Below are positions 18,727-28,479 of a stretch of 64,000 nucleotides of DNA, piece after piece. Each line of letters opens with the position of its first letter. Position 1 is the first letter of the stretch. Made by a program: the position numbers and the translations under genes. This DNA comes from a virus, in the IMG/VR virus record IMGVR_UViG_3300042007_000202, positions 44,672 to 108,671 of that record; one strand, 5' to 3'. The notes under the pieces were generated by a model. It was not told the origin of the DNA. It saw only the letters and a list, made by a program, of their open reading frames with translations, and searched no databases.

Positions 18727-20316
18727 TTACCGCCCGCCGCCTGGCAGTCCCGGCCCGCTGCGCCCGAGCGGGATCGAGCCGAACCCGCCGCGCTGCCCTG
18801 CCTGCTGGGCGGCCTGGGCGATGCTGACCTGGGAGGCGTTGCCGATGTGCTGGCTGGCGCCGGGGATCTTGAGCAGTCCGTAGGCGAGGTACGTGCTGGC
18901 GTCGATGCGGCCCGGCGAGTCGGTGTGGTCCGGCTGCCACGTGGCCCACTCCTCCTCCATCTCCGGCAGGTACGCCGTGGTGCGGATCCGGTCCTCCAGC
19001 CACTGCTGGGCGATGGGCTCCGCCCGCAGGTGCTTCCCCGTCTTCGCGGTGACGGGCTGGATGTACGGCTTGAGGGCGCCCTTGGGGATGGCGCCTTCCT
19101 TCTGGAGGGCTTCCCACGCGGTGGCGATGGCCAGGTTGACCATGTCGCCTCCGTAGTTGCGTTCTACGAGGATGACCGTCGCGCCGATCTCGAACGCCAG
19201 CAGGCATGCCCGCCGCGACCACTGCGCGGACGAGCACGGGCGGGAGCGGTCGTGGGTGATGTAGAGCCGCTGGTCTGTGCCCCGGAACCCGCCGATGATC
19301 CCGGCGACGTCCCGGCCGCCGCCGGACGGGTCGACCGCGACGGCGATCCGCTCGGGCTGGGGGACGGCGGGGTGGCCGTGCAGGCGGCGCTGGTCGGCGA
19401 GCTGGTCGCGGGTGATGAGTGCGCCCTCAGCCGGTTGGGGGTCGCCCTGGTAGAGGGCGCCCCAGTCGCGCGGGGTGGATGTGGAGCGCTTGTCGGCCCA
19501 GTGGGCGCTGAGGGCTTCGGTGTCCTCGTCGGGGAGGGCGGGGTGGGTGAGGGGGTCGCCCGGCTGGCGGCCGAGCGGGTCGTCCGGGCTGACGGCCACG
19601 GCCGGGAGGTGGATGACGCGCCACCGGCCGCCGGTGTCGGTGGTGCCTTCGTGGCGGAGGACCCGCCCGGCGAGGTCGTCTTCGTGCCAGCGGGTCATCA
19701 CCAGCACGATCGGCACCCCGGGGCGCAGGCGGGACAGGAAGACGCTGCTCCACCACTCCCAGACGTGGTTGCGCATCCTCAGGCTGTCGGCGTCGCGACG
19801 GTCCTTGTGGGGGTCGTCGACGATGCCCACACCGGTGATGGGGAAGCCCGTGAGGGAGCCGCCCACGCCGGTAGCGCGGACGCCGCCGCCGGAGGTGACG
19901 GACCAGTCGTAGACGTTGGACTCGCCGCGCTGGAGGTGCAAGCCGTAGGCGGCGCCGCGCTCGATGACGTGGCGGCGGACCGCGCGGGACTTCTTGATGG
20001 CCAGGGACGCGGCGTAGGAGGCGATCGCGTTACGCGAGGTGGGGTGGCGGGTGAGCCACCAGAACGGCAACAGCTCGGACACCAGTGTCGACTTGCCGAC
20101 CTGCGGGGGGGTGGCCAGCAGGAGCCGGTCGTAGTCCTTGCCGAGGCGGGTGAGTTCGCCGCCGATGAGGCGGGTGTGGGCCCGCGCCATGAAGCCGGGC
20201 GGGTCGAGGTAGCGGCCCATGGCGGCCGGGTTGGTCAGGGCGGCCAGCCGCTTGGCCTCGGCGCGGGTGTCGGCTGACGTGAGGTCAGCGAAGGTCGTGC
20301 TCACCCCGCCCCCCAT
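18727..20316 (-). CDS. terL: Terminase large subunit
   Basis: Walker A PPQVGKS, Walker B IVDDP, MTRWHEDDLAG, LYQG.P.PAEG, nuclease motifs AVDPSGG and SPGRIDA. Confidence 0.9.
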   Translation of the reverse strand: MGGGVSTTFADLTSADTRAEAKRLAALTNPAAMGRYLDPPGFMARAHTRLIGGELTRLGKDYDRLLLATPPQVGKSTLVSELLPFWWLTRHPTSRNAIASYAASLAIKKSRAVRRHVIERGAAYGLHLQRGESNVYDWSVTSGGGVRATGVGGSLTGFPITGVGIVDDPHKDRRDADSLRMRNHVWEWWSSVFLSRLRPGVPIVLVMTRWHEDDLAGRVLRHEGTTDTGGRWRVIHLPAVAVSPDDPLGRQPGDPLTHPALPDEDTEALSAHWADKRSTSTPRDWGALYQGDPQPAEGALITRDQLADQRRLHGHPAVPQPERIAVAVDPSGGGRDVAGIIGGFRGTDQRLYITHDRSRPCSSAQWSRRACLLAFEIGATVILVERNYGGDMVNLAIATAWEALQKEGAIPKGALKPYIQPVTAKTGKHLRAEPIAQQWLEDRIRTTAYLPEMEEEWATWQPDHTDSPGRIDASTYLAYGLLKIPGASQHIGNASQVSIAQAAQQAGQRGGFGSIPLGRSGPGLPGGGR

Positions 20317-20347
20317 CCACGCAGATGGGGGGCGGGGGAGCCATGGC

Positions 20348-20608
20348 TCAGTCCCCCAGGTACAGCGAGAGACTGAAGACGCCGTACAGGCTGGCGATGT
20401 GCGTCAGCAGCGGCGCCAGGGCCTCCTTGGTCGGGTGTTCGACGCCCAGGGCGGGCGCGCCGTTGCTCATCTCGGTTCGGTAGATCTGCGCGGATGAGGC
20501 TTCGGTGGCCCTGGCCAGGGCTGCCTCCGTCTCGGCCAGGCACTTGTCCCGCTCGTCGGCGCGGGCGAACGCCGCGATCAGCGTCCAGGGGCGGGTGGGT
20601 TGGGTCAT
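20348..20608 (-). CDS. Hypothetical protein
   Basis: GGAGGAG RBS; preceded by a half promoter cassette (20631). Confidence 0.55.
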   Translation of the reverse strand: MTQPTRPWTLIAAFARADERDKCLAETEAALARATEASSAQIYRTEMSNGAPALGVEHPTKEALAPLLTHIASLYGVFSLSLYLGD

Positions 20609-20707
20609 GGGTGGTCTCCTCCGCATTGGGGAGACACGAGGTTAGCGTACGCAGCGCGCGTCCACCCGGCCGCCCGCCCGGCCGGGCGGGCGGCCGGGTG
20701 TCGGCGT

Positions 20708-20950
20708 CTAGTACTCGCCCGGACTGCCGCTGTCCGTGACCAGCGTTACCCGTGCCGAGGTGAAGTCCAGGGCCCACTTGCCGAGCGAGGCCAGCGGGGC
20801 GCGCTCCACGGAGCGCACCACCAGTTGCTGGTCGTTGGGGTACTTGGTGACGCGGACGCCGGGGGTGGCGGTCTCGGGTCGGCTGTCGATGCCGGTCAGG
20901 GCCTGCTGCGCCTGGGCGGCGTCGGGCAGCCTGATGATCAGCTCCCACAT
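20708..20950 (-). CDS. Hypothetical protein
   Basis: AAAGGAA RBS. Confidence 0.55.
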   Translation of the reverse strand: MWELIIRLPDAAQAQQALTGIDSRPETATPGVRVTKYPNDQQLVVRSVERAPLASLGKWALDFTSARVTLVTDSGSPGEY

Positions 20951-20995
20951 GGGGGGTTTCCTTTCCTGGGGGTTGGGGGGTGCGCGTCATCGCGT

Positions 20996-21598
20996 TCAGT
21001 CCGGGAGGTCGAGCACGTCGTAGGGGTCGATCTGCCCGCTGGTGGCGTGCTTGCGGGCCAGGTGCATGATCGCCTCGTCCAGCTCGGCGCGGAGGGCGTT
21101 GTCGTCCGGGGGGACGTGGGAGAAGCGGACGGGGCCGCCGGAGCGGCCGGTGACGGCCACGTTCTGGTCGGGTTCCCCGAGCGCGAAGCGGATGAGCTTG
21201 CTGTAGGCGTCGGCCACGCGCACGGTCTCCGTGGCGTTGAGGTTCTGTCCGACCAGCGAGGTGATCGCTTCGGTGGCCTTCTCGTGGAAGGCGGCGGCCA
21301 GCTTCAGGTGGTCCTGGACCATCCGGCGCTGGCGCTCCATGATCGCCGCCACCCACTGGTCGTCCATGTGCCGGTCGAAGGCTTCGGCGCGGACGGTCCA
21401 GCGGAAGGTGTGGCTGTACTGCTGGGCGGTGCGGTGGGTGACGTTCAACCTTTCCGCGACCCGCTTCAAGGTTCGGGTGCGGCCCAGGTCGCGGTAGACG
21501 GTGAACTGGCCCCAGCGCTTGACGCTCTCTCCGGGCTGGCGGTCCCAGGGGTCGCGGCCGTCTTCGGCGAGCGTGATGGGCTCGCGCGGGGTGGGCAT
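20996..21598 (-). CDS. Terminase small subunit-like HTH protein
   Basis: PWDRQPGES....F..YRDLG..RTL..VA...W..RAEAFD family pattern; upstream of TerL. Confidence 0.65.
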   Translation of the reverse strand: MPTPREPITLAEDGRDPWDRQPGESVKRWGQFTVYRDLGRTRTLKRVAERLNVTHRTAQQYSHTFRWTVRAEAFDRHMDDQWVAAIMERQRRMVQDHLKLAAAFHEKATEAITSLVGQNLNATETVRVADAYSKLIRFALGEPDQNVAVTGRSGGPVRFSHVPPDDNALRAELDEAIMHLARKHATSGQIDPYDVLDLPD

Positions 21599-22104
21599 CA
21601 GGTCCTCTTCTCATCCGCGTGGATGGGGGGCGTGGGGTCCGCGAAGAAGCCCTTGCACACCTGGGCGGGCAGGTGCTGGGGGTCGGGGTTGTGGGGCATG
21701 TGGCAGCGTTCGCAGCGGGGGTGGGGGCTGGTGGCGGCGTCGGCGGGCGGGCTGTGCGGCATCACCTGGGGGGAGGGTCCGCGTCCGTCGGCGCAGACCC
21801 GGCAGAACGGCATCATGGCGTGGTTGTAGTAGGTGATCTTGGCGGAGCCGCACTGGACGCACCGGGCGGTGGCGTGCTCGGGGACGGTGGGGTCGGTGCG
21901 GTCCAGGGTGTTGTGGGCGAGGCGGACGGCCGTGGTGACGGCTTCCTGGAGGGGGGTGACGGGTGGGGGGCTGCCGTCGCCGGGGCCGGTGAGGAGGTGG
22001 GTGGCCTGGGCCTGGCAGGCGAGGTAGTTCCCGACGTGGATGAGGGTGGCCAGGGCGTGTTCCAGGGTGGTGCGGGCTTCGGTGAGGTCGTCGGTGCGGG
22101 TCAC
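21598..22104 (-). CDS. Hypothetical Cys-rich protein
   Basis: GTGA coupling; several CxxC. Confidence 0.5.
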   Translation of the reverse strand: MTRTDDLTEARTTLEHALATLIHVGNYLACQAQATHLLTGPGDGSPPPVTPLQEAVTTAVRLAHNTLDRTDPTVPEHATARCVQCGSAKITYYNHAMMPFCRVCADGRGPSPQVMPHSPPADAATSPHPRCERCHMPHNPDPQHLPAQVCKGFFADPTPPIHADEKRT

Positions 22105-23042
22105 GCGCCCACCTCCTGGGGGGTGTCGGCGGCGTCCATCTGGGCGGCGAGCCGCTTGCGGTTGCGGGCTTCGACGCTGTTCACAGCCTTGGCGGCCTCC
22201 TCGCTGTAGCTGCCGCACTTGATCATGTTGGCGCGGAAGTAGCTGACCACGCTGATGCGTTCGGCTCCGCACCGCTCGCACATGCCGTTGCGGCGCTCGC
22301 CGCACTCGCAGAAGATCGCCGTGTTGCCGTGGTACTCGTGGGCGTCGATCAGGGCCAGGTCGCCGTGCTGCATGTCCAGCGCCACCCGGTACTTGGGGAA
22401 GACGAGCTGGCCGCCGGTGTAGGAGCCCTTGCGGAGGCAGGCCAGGGTGGAGAACCCGGCCTCCAGGTCGCCCGCGTCCAGGTGGGTGCCGGTGGGGTAG
22501 GTGTTGTTGACCGTGACCGTGCTGAAGGGTGTGCCGGGCACGACCCACTCGGGGTAGGTCTTGTTCACCTCGGCCATCTGCACGGCGTACCGGTCGGGCA
22601 GGCGGGCCTCGAAGTGCCGCGCGATGGCCTGGAGGAAGGGGCGTAGCGTCTCCCACTGGGGCAGGTTCGCGCCGGTCCACGCGGTCAGGCGGCAGTACTT
22701 CTGGTGTCCGGCGGAGTCGAACGCGCCGATGATGGCGGAGGGGACGGGCAGGGCGCGGGACTTGTTGCCGGAGCCGGACTTGACCCTCCTTGACCCCGAG
22801 GCTGCTCCACGGTTCTCGGTCTTGGCGGACTTCAGGGCGTGCAGGGTCTCGTAGACGCCGGGGAGTTCGGCTTCCTTGAGGAGCGCGCCGGGCAGGTACA
22901 CCACGAGCGGGTGGCCGTTGGGCTTGAGGAGCTTGGCCGGGCCGGTGAGGAGGGCGTTGAAGTCTTCCTGGCCGAGGATCTTGCCGATCTTGGACTCCAG
23001 CTCGGCTGTGGGGATGCGGGTGCGCAGGCGGGCTTCAATCAC
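22101..23042 (-). CDS. TET/JBP-family 2OG-Fe(II) dioxygenase
   Basis: CRLTAWT, TPFSTVTVN.TYPTGTHLDAGD (HxD), GGQLVFP, H.YHGNT and RISVVSYFR motifs. Confidence 0.8.
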   Translation of the reverse strand: MIEARLRTRIPTAELESKIGKILGQEDFNALLTGPAKLLKPNGHPLVVYLPGALLKEAELPGVYETLHALKSAKTENRGAASGSRRVKSGSGNKSRALPVPSAIIGAFDSAGHQKYCRLTAWTGANLPQWETLRPFLQAIARHFEARLPDRYAVQMAEVNKTYPEWVVPGTPFSTVTVNNTYPTGTHLDAGDLEAGFSTLACLRKGSYTGGQLVFPKYRVALDMQHGDLALIDAHEYHGNTAIFCECGERRNGMCERCGAERISVVSYFRANMIKCGSYSEEAAKAVNSVEARNRKRLAAQMDAADTPQEVGA

Positions 23043-23838
23043 GGCTCTCCCCCTTCTGAGCGGCGGCGTGGTGGCGCTGGGGCTTGGGGATGAAGGACAG
23101 TTCGCCGGGCCGCTTGGGGTGGGGGCGCAGGTACTGGGGCCAGCGTTCGGTGAGGCGGTTGACGAGGCCCATCTCGGCGCCGGGGGTGCGGTTGGCGACG
23201 GCTCCGCCCCGGTTGCTGTAGTGCTGGTATCCGGCGACGTACATGTCCAGGCGGGCCACCTTCCCGTAGGTGTCCAGGTGGGCGCAGGTGTAGTCGTAGT
23301 CCTCCTTGAAGGGGAGGGTCTGGTCCCAGCGGGGTTCGGCCGTGTCGGCGGCGCACAGGGAGCCGATGATGAAGCCGTAGTCCAGGGTCCGGCCGCGCGC
23401 GAAGTAGGCGTTGTCGGTGGGTGGTACGCCGACCAGGTGCACGCTGCCGTTGAGGGCGGCGAGCATGGCGTTGCGGAGCTGGATCCAGGGGACGGGGCGG
23501 CCCTTGGGGTGGGAGTCGGTGACGTGCTTGAAGCCCTTGGCGTCGTCGTCGGTCTGGATGCACACGGCTCCGGCTTCAACCGCGTGGATCAGGGCCGCGT
23601 TGCGGGCGGCCGCAAGGGCGAACTCGCCCTGGCCGGGGTCGCGTACGGCGAGGACGGCGTCGGCTCCGGCGGCGGCGTAGTCGTGCCGCTCGTGCCACGG
23701 CACCACCCACGTGATCATGTCCGGGGCGAACAGGGCCTGCATGGCGGGGACGTTGCCGGGGCGTCCGGCGCTGATGCAGTACACGCCGAAGGAGCGGCCG
23801 TCCACGGACTGGTACACGGCGATGGCGGGGGTGCTCAC
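23035..23838 (-). CDS. TET-associated glycosyltransferase (GT-A fold)
   Basis: CISAGRP, AARNAAL, QTDDD (DxD), KEDYDYT and N.GGA motifs; coupled to the TET gene. Confidence 0.7.
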   Translation of the reverse strand: MSTPAIAVYQSVDGRSFGVYCISAGRPGNVPAMQALFAPDMITWVVPWHERHDYAAAGADAVLAVRDPGQGEFALAAARNAALIHAVEAGAVCIQTDDDAKGFKHVTDSHPKGRPVPWIQLRNAMLAALNGSVHLVGVPPTDNAYFARGRTLDYGFIIGSLCAADTAEPRWDQTLPFKEDYDYTCAHLDTYGKVARLDMYVAGYQHYSNRGGAVANRTPGAEMGLVNRLTERWPQYLRPHPKRPGELSFIPKPQRHHAAAQKGESRD

Positions 23839-24065
23839 GCGGTCCTCCGGCGGGGGGCGGGGCCGTACGGGCTGGCCCAGGCCGGGCGGTCGGGGCGGCG
23901 GCCGTTGAGGAGGGCCGCGTACCGCTGTAGGGCGCGGGCGGCGGCGCGGACGTGCTTGAGGATGGCGTCGATGGCGGCGTGCAGGCGCGCCTTCTGCTCG
24001 GGGGTGAAGCGGGGCACCTGGACGCGGGGGCGGGCGGGCGGCCGGGCGGCCGGGCGGGCGCTCAT
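23835..24065 (-). CDS. Small basic hypothetical protein
   Basis: Coupled at both ends; RPAWASPYGP motif. Confidence 0.5.
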   Translation of the reverse strand: MSARPAARPPARPRVQVPRFTPEQKARLHAAIDAILKHVRAAARALQRYAALLNGRRPDRPAWASPYGPAPRRRTA

Positions 24066-24361
24066 GCGGGGTGTTCCTCCTTGAGGCGGTAGGTGACGGC
24101 GAACTCGCTGTCGGGGACGGGGTACAGGCGGCCCTTCCCGTCCATGACCAGGACGTCGCCGGGGGCGGCGTAGACCGTGCCGCAGCGGCTGACGAGGGGG
24201 ACGCACGGGCCGAGGCCGGGCATGTGCACGGGGTGCAGGACGCGGTTGAAGAATGTGCACGCTTCGGCCAGGTTGTCGCCGGTCCACACCATGGCCTGGA
24301 CCTTGGTGGGTCGGTGGACGTAGAGCCCGGCCGGGCGGGCGGCCGGGCGGCCGGGCGTCAC
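24062..24361 (-). CDS. Conserved phage protein (xVQAxxWTGDN...GD family)
   Basis: KVQAMVWTGDN...APGDVLV...YPV...F..TY. Confidence 0.6.
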   Translation of the reverse strand: MTPGRPAARPAGLYVHRPTKVQAMVWTGDNLAEACTFFNRVLHPVHMPGLGPCVPLVSRCGTVYAAPGDVLVMDGKGRLYPVPDSEFAVTYRLKEEHPA

Positions 24362-24924
24362 GAGGGGAGTCCCTTGAGGAAGCGCCAGCGGCTGTAGACG
24401 AGGAAGGCGTCGTGGAGGGCGTGGTGGGCGCCGTCGGGGGCGGACTGGGGCAGCTCGGTCTCCGTGACGCCCAGGCGGGAGGCCTCCTGCTGGATGTCGT
24501 GGGTGAAGCGGGGCATGTAGGGCGGGAGCGCGGCCATGGGCCCGTAGAGCTGGCAGAGGGCGACGTGGTCGTAGGCGCCGTAGTCGGCCCAGAGTTCGGC
24601 GGGTCCGGCCGCCGCCATGAAGGCGTCGATGGTGCGGCGGAACTGGCCGAGGGGGCGGACGTCGGGGTGTTCGCGGTCGAGGTGGCCGAGTCCGGCCTGC
24701 ATGCAGCGGCAGCCCGGTTTGCACGGGCGGACGGGCAGGTGGGGCCAGACGTGTTCCTTGAGGTAGGGGTGGGTGGCGACGCGGTGTTCGTCCAGGTCGC
24801 CGTTGACGACGTACAGGGAGGCGCCGCCTTGGGTGGTGGCTCCGAAGCTGATGGGGTCGATGAGGTGGCCGTCCTCCAGGAACTCGAAGTCGTAGAAGAC
24901 GCGGTCGTGGGCGGGGGCGGTCAC
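24358..24924 (-). CDS. DEDDh 3'-5' exonuclease (RNase AS-like)
   Basis: FYDFEF, ELWADYGAYDHV.LCQLYG and HHALHDA motifs. Confidence 0.8.
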   Translation of the reverse strand: MTAPAHDRVFYDFEFLEDGHLIDPISFGATTQGGASLYVVNGDLDEHRVATHPYLKEHVWPHLPVRPCKPGCRCMQAGLGHLDREHPDVRPLGQFRRTIDAFMAAAGPAELWADYGAYDHVALCQLYGPMAALPPYMPRFTHDIQQEASRLGVTETELPQSAPDGAHHALHDAFLVYSRWRFLKGLPS

Positions 24925-25748
24925 TGGGCGTCTCCGCCCACGCGGATGGCGGCCTGGCCGAGGATCTTGTCCCACTCCAGCGGCGGGCTGCCGTGGTGGG
25001 CGGCTTCCAGGACGACGTTGGCGATGCGGACGGCTGAGCACATCAGCGGGCCGGTGGGCTGGTCGCCCAGGTGCTCGCGCATGGCTTCGATGTCCAGCAG
25101 GAGCTGGCTCTTGGCGTCGACCTCCATCACGAACACCATCTCGGCCAGGCCCTTGGCGGCGAGGGACTGTTCTCCGGCTACGCGGGCGCCCCGGCTGGTC
25201 TCCTGTTCGGGGGTCTCGGCGTAGTGGGCGCCGGACGGTCCGGCCTCCATCACCACGCCCCCGTCGTCGTCTTCGTCGCCGGTGTCGGGCAGCTCGGGCT
25301 CCACGCGGGCCATCAGGTCGTCGAGGAAGGCGTCGTCGTAGCCGGTGCCTTCCAGGCCGGTGTCGCTGTCGGCGATGTCGGACAGGAGTTCCGCCAGCAG
25401 GTAGTCGTTGCGCTTGGAGAGCTCGGCGGTGCGGTTGGCGGCGGCGACGATCTTCTTGGCGCGGGTGTTGTCCACGTCCACGCGGATGGCGTCCAGGTGG
25501 GTCCAGCCGATCCTTTCGGCGGCCTGGGTGACGTGGTTGTGGGAGAGGATGTAGCCGGTCGACTTCTGCACGATGACCGGTTCGAACAGGCCGTTCTCTG
25601 CGAGGCTCTCCGCGATGGCGTCCACGTCGCCTTCGTTGGGGTTGCCGGGGAACTGGCGCAGCTCGCTGATGGGGATGCGCTCCACCTGGCTCAGGAGGGA
25701 GTGCAGGTTCTCCGCCGTGTCGGCGGCGGCCGGGGCCTTGGGGGTCAT
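24921..25748 (-). CDS. ParB/Srx N-terminal domain protein
   Basis: IPISEL..FPGNP..GDVDAIAESL..NG...PVIV...ILSHNH...AA..IGW. Confidence 0.75.
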   Translation of the reverse strand: MTPKAPAAADTAENLHSLLSQVERIPISELRQFPGNPNEGDVDAIAESLAENGLFEPVIVQKSTGYILSHNHVTQAAERIGWTHLDAIRVDVDNTRAKKIVAAANRTAELSKRNDYLLAELLSDIADSDTGLEGTGYDDAFLDDLMARVEPELPDTGDEDDDGGVVMEAGPSGAHYAETPEQETSRGARVAGEQSLAAKGLAEMVFVMEVDAKSQLLLDIEAMREHLGDQPTGPLMCSAVRIANVVLEAAHHGSPPLEWDKILGQAAIRVGGDAQ

Positions 25749-25887
25749 CGGATCTCCGTGGATCAGGGTGGTTCGACTACCCCGAAGATAGCTCTAGGTG
25801 ACTGATCCGAAGCTCCCCGTGACGACACGCGCCGCGCCTCCCTGGTCTGTCGGGTGGCGCGGCGCGTGGGGGGAAGGGGGAGGGTTG

Positions 25888-26889
25888 TCAGGTGACGGGC
25901 ACGGGGCGGCCGTGGCCTCCGGTGGGGTCGGGGGTGGTCTCCTCGTCTTCTCCTCCCCCGCCGCCGGGGTGGCAGATGGGGCACCAGGGCTGGTAGCTGA
26001 CGTGGAACTTGCTGAGCATCATGCCCGCGACCATGATCAGGAAGGCGGTAGCGGAGGCGGATCGGCTCCACGGCTCAGGGATGTAGGGGGCGCCGCACAT
26101 CAGGGCCAGGGCGACGAAGATGCCTCGGTCGCTGAGCTGGTGGCTGAGGAAGAACCGCCTGCGCCGGGCGGAGGCGTACTCGGGGGCGTCGGTGCGGAAC
26201 TCGTGGACGCACTTCTCGCACAGGGACATCGTGTGCTGCCGGTCCATGAACAGGGCGAGGGCGAGGAAGACGAGGGACAGACCGCTGATGAGGGGGGCGG
26301 GCCCGGCCTTGGGGAGGAAGAGGGTGACGAGCGCGAACAGCATGGCTGCCAGCGACAGGTGGAAGCTGCGGTGGATGAGCCCCTCGGCGTGCGTCTTGAT
26401 CCAGGTGTGCAGTTCGCCGCTGCTGGCGCGGCCGGGGTCGTTGAGCTGGTAGAAGCGGCGGGCGGAGAGGTAGCCGATGAGCAGGAGCACCAGCGTGAAG
26501 TGGACGGCCTGGGAGGTGGCGCTGAACGTGGTGTCGGCGTCGGCGTCGGCGTCCCGTCCGTCGGACAGCAGGGGCAGGCCGACGAACAGGAAGAGGAGCA
26601 GCAGCGCCATGACGACCAGGCCGTACCTGCCGTAGGCCAGCCAGAGCCGGTGCAGTGGCGTGCGCCGTTCTGCGGGGACGGGTGTGCAGTAGGCGCACGC
26701 GGTGGTGTAGCGGATGTGGAGGTATGCCATGCACAGCAGGGCCCCGGCGATGATGGCGAGGGTCAGGCTGGCGGCGTGGATGGCCCAGTGGCGGCCGTCG
26801 ATGTCGGTCAGGGGGACCTGGACGGCGGACACCAGCAGCGCTGCCTTGAGCGCGTGGTGGACGAGGGGGGATGGCAGGGACAGTTTCAC
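25888..26889 (-). CDS. Polytopic membrane protein with H..C..C motifs
   Basis: Multiple hydrophobic segments; repeated H...C.xC; GTGA coupling to the XRE gene. Confidence 0.6.
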   Translation of the reverse strand: MKLSLPSPLVHHALKAALLVSAVQVPLTDIDGRHWAIHAASLTLAIIAGALLCMAYLHIRYTTACAYCTPVPAERRTPLHRLWLAYGRYGLVVMALLLLFLFVGLPLLSDGRDADADADTTFSATSQAVHFTLVLLLIGYLSARRFYQLNDPGRASSGELHTWIKTHAEGLIHRSFHLSLAAMLFALVTLFLPKAGPAPLISGLSLVFLALALFMDRQHTMSLCEKCVHEFRTDAPEYASARRRRFFLSHQLSDRGIFVALALMCGAPYIPEPWSRSASATAFLIMVAGMMLSKFHVSYQPWCPICHPGGGGGEDEETTPDPTGGHGRPVPVT

Positions 26890-27161
26890 TCGGTCTCTCC
26901 GGGTTTCTCGAACTTGACGACCAGCCGTACGCCGAGGGCTTGGGCGATGCGCAGGAGCAGTCCGAGGGAGGGGATGCCGTTCGCGCTCTCCACGACGGAG
27001 ATGCGCGGTTGCTTGGTGCCAGCCTTCTCGGCCAGCCCCCCCTGGCTGAGCCCTTGTTGGGTGCGCAGCGTGAAGACTTCCTGTGCGATGGCGTAGGCCA
27101 GTTCCCTCTCTTGATCGTTCTGCGTGCTTTCGACGCCGTGTGTTTTCTTGAGCACCTTCAT
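26886..27161 (-). CDS. XRE-family HTH regulator (probably leaderless)
   Basis: LRTQQGLSQ..LAEKAGTKQPRIS..E. Confidence 0.8.
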   Translation of the reverse strand: MKVLKKTHGVESTQNDQERELAYAIAQEVFTLRTQQGLSQGGLAEKAGTKQPRISVVESANGIPSLGLLLRIAQALGVRLVVKFEKPGETE

Positions 27162-27194
27162 AACGCAAACGTTATCTTATACGGGTTGCGTTAT
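27160..27194 (-). promoter_or_regulatory. Operator/promoter of the XRE gene
   Basis: ATAACGCAA...TTGCGTTAT inverted repeat; TAACGT -10 box 7 nt before the ATG. Confidence 0.55.
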
Positions 27195-27310
27195 ATGCCA
27201 AACCGGCTGGCTGGCGGGCCGGGCGAGCGGAAAGGAGAGGCGCCGCCCCCGGCAGCGGGGGCGGCGCGTGCGCCGCTCCTGTGGGCGCCCCCCTGCTCCA
27301 GAGCGCGGTT

Positions 27311-27586
27311 TCAGGGGGTGTCGGAGGGAGGGGTCGTGCAGGCTCGCACGAGCACCTTCCAGACCTTCACGGCGGACGCCGGGGCCGGGGCCTCGGCGCC
27401 GCTCTCCCAGAGCGCCAGGCGCCACGTGGGGACGTTGCAGGCGCGGGCCATGTCATCCACCGACCAGCCCGACAGCGTCCGCAGCCGGGTGGCCGTGCCG
27501 TCGCGGAGGGCCTGGAGCGCCAGCCGGGCGCGGTCGTTGTCGGTCAGGCGCGGCGGCGGGAAACGGTCGTCGGCCATGGGCGTCAT
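27311..27586 (-). CDS. XRE-like HTH protein
   Basis: LRTLSGWSVDDMARACNVPTWRLALWESG. Confidence 0.7.
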   Translation of the reverse strand: MTPMADDRFPPPRLTDNDRARLALQALRDGTATRLRTLSGWSVDDMARACNVPTWRLALWESGAEAPAPASAVKVWKVLVRACTTPPSDTP

Positions 27587-27743
27587 GTTGCCCGGCCGGG
27601 CGGGCGGCCGGGCGGCGACACACCTACAGCGGTCGGCCCGTCTGCGCGGACAGCGCGCAGGCCCCCGGCCGGTGTGCCGCCTGGGGGACAGAGCGGCGTA
27701 CCGGCCGGGGGCCTGCGCAGGCGGCGAACAGGGGGGGTGGTGC

Positions 27744-28097
27744 TCAACCGCCGGGCGCCAAGCTACCGCGCTGGTGCCACAGATCCCAGGCCGCCAGCGC
27801 CTCGGCGCGCCGTTCGGCCGGGTTCACCGGCTGGAAGTTCTCGCCGCCGTGACAGGAGCACTTGCCGAGCTGGTGGAACGGGGAGCCCACGGTCGTGCGC
27901 AGGAAGCACTCCCGGTGGTAGGCGACGGTGCCGAGCTGGCCGCCTTCCAGGACGGCCGGAATGACGACCCCCCGGTCACCCTCCTCGAAGGCCAGCGCGC
28001 AGAAGCCGCACAGCCTCCCCACGGGGGTGTCGGTGCGGGGGGCGGTGTCGCACAGGGGTGAGTCCCAGGGCTCACCGAAGTACGGGCTGGGGGTCAC
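27744..28097 (-). CDS. Cys-rich hypothetical protein
   Basis: CGFC...HREC...CSC. Confidence 0.55.
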   Translation of the reverse strand: MTPSPYFGEPWDSPLCDTAPRTDTPVGRLCGFCALAFEEGDRGVVIPAVLEGGQLGTVAYHRECFLRTTVGSPFHQLGKCSCHGGENFQPVNPAERRAEALAAWDLWHQRGSLAPGG

Positions 28098-28110
28098 GGT
28101 TCTCCGGTCG

Positions 28111-28479
28111 TCAGGTCACGTCGGCCGGGCGCTTGGCCTTGGGCGGGACGTAGGTGAACAGGGCGGGCTGGAACTCGCCGTACGGGAGCAGGACCTGCTC
28201 CGGCGCGGCCAGGATGCGCACGCACTTCTGGCAGTTGACCGGCTTCCGCACGGCGCGCAGCGCCGTGGGCGACCAGCCGTAGACCGGGGTGTGGCAAAGG
28301 GGCTGGGGTACGAGTTCGCCGTACAGCCAGCGCTCGGAGTCGACGGCGTGGACCACATCGCTGTCGCGGACGGACATGCGCTGGCCGTCCGCGAACTTGA
28401 GTCGCATCTCGCGGGCGAACGCGCGCAGGTCCGCGACCGCGATGAGCGGCACGTCCTGAGGGTTCGTCTCTGTCGTCAT
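28111..28479 (-). CDS. Hypothetical protein with an H..C..CxxC motif
   Basis: VVHAV...PLCH...VNCQKC. Confidence 0.55.
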   Translation of the reverse strand: MTTETNPQDVPLIAVADLRAFAREMRLKFADGQRMSVRDSDVVHAVDSERWLYGELVPQPLCHTPVYGWSPTALRAVRKPVNCQKCVRILAAPEQVLLPYGEFQPALFTYVPPKAKRPADVT

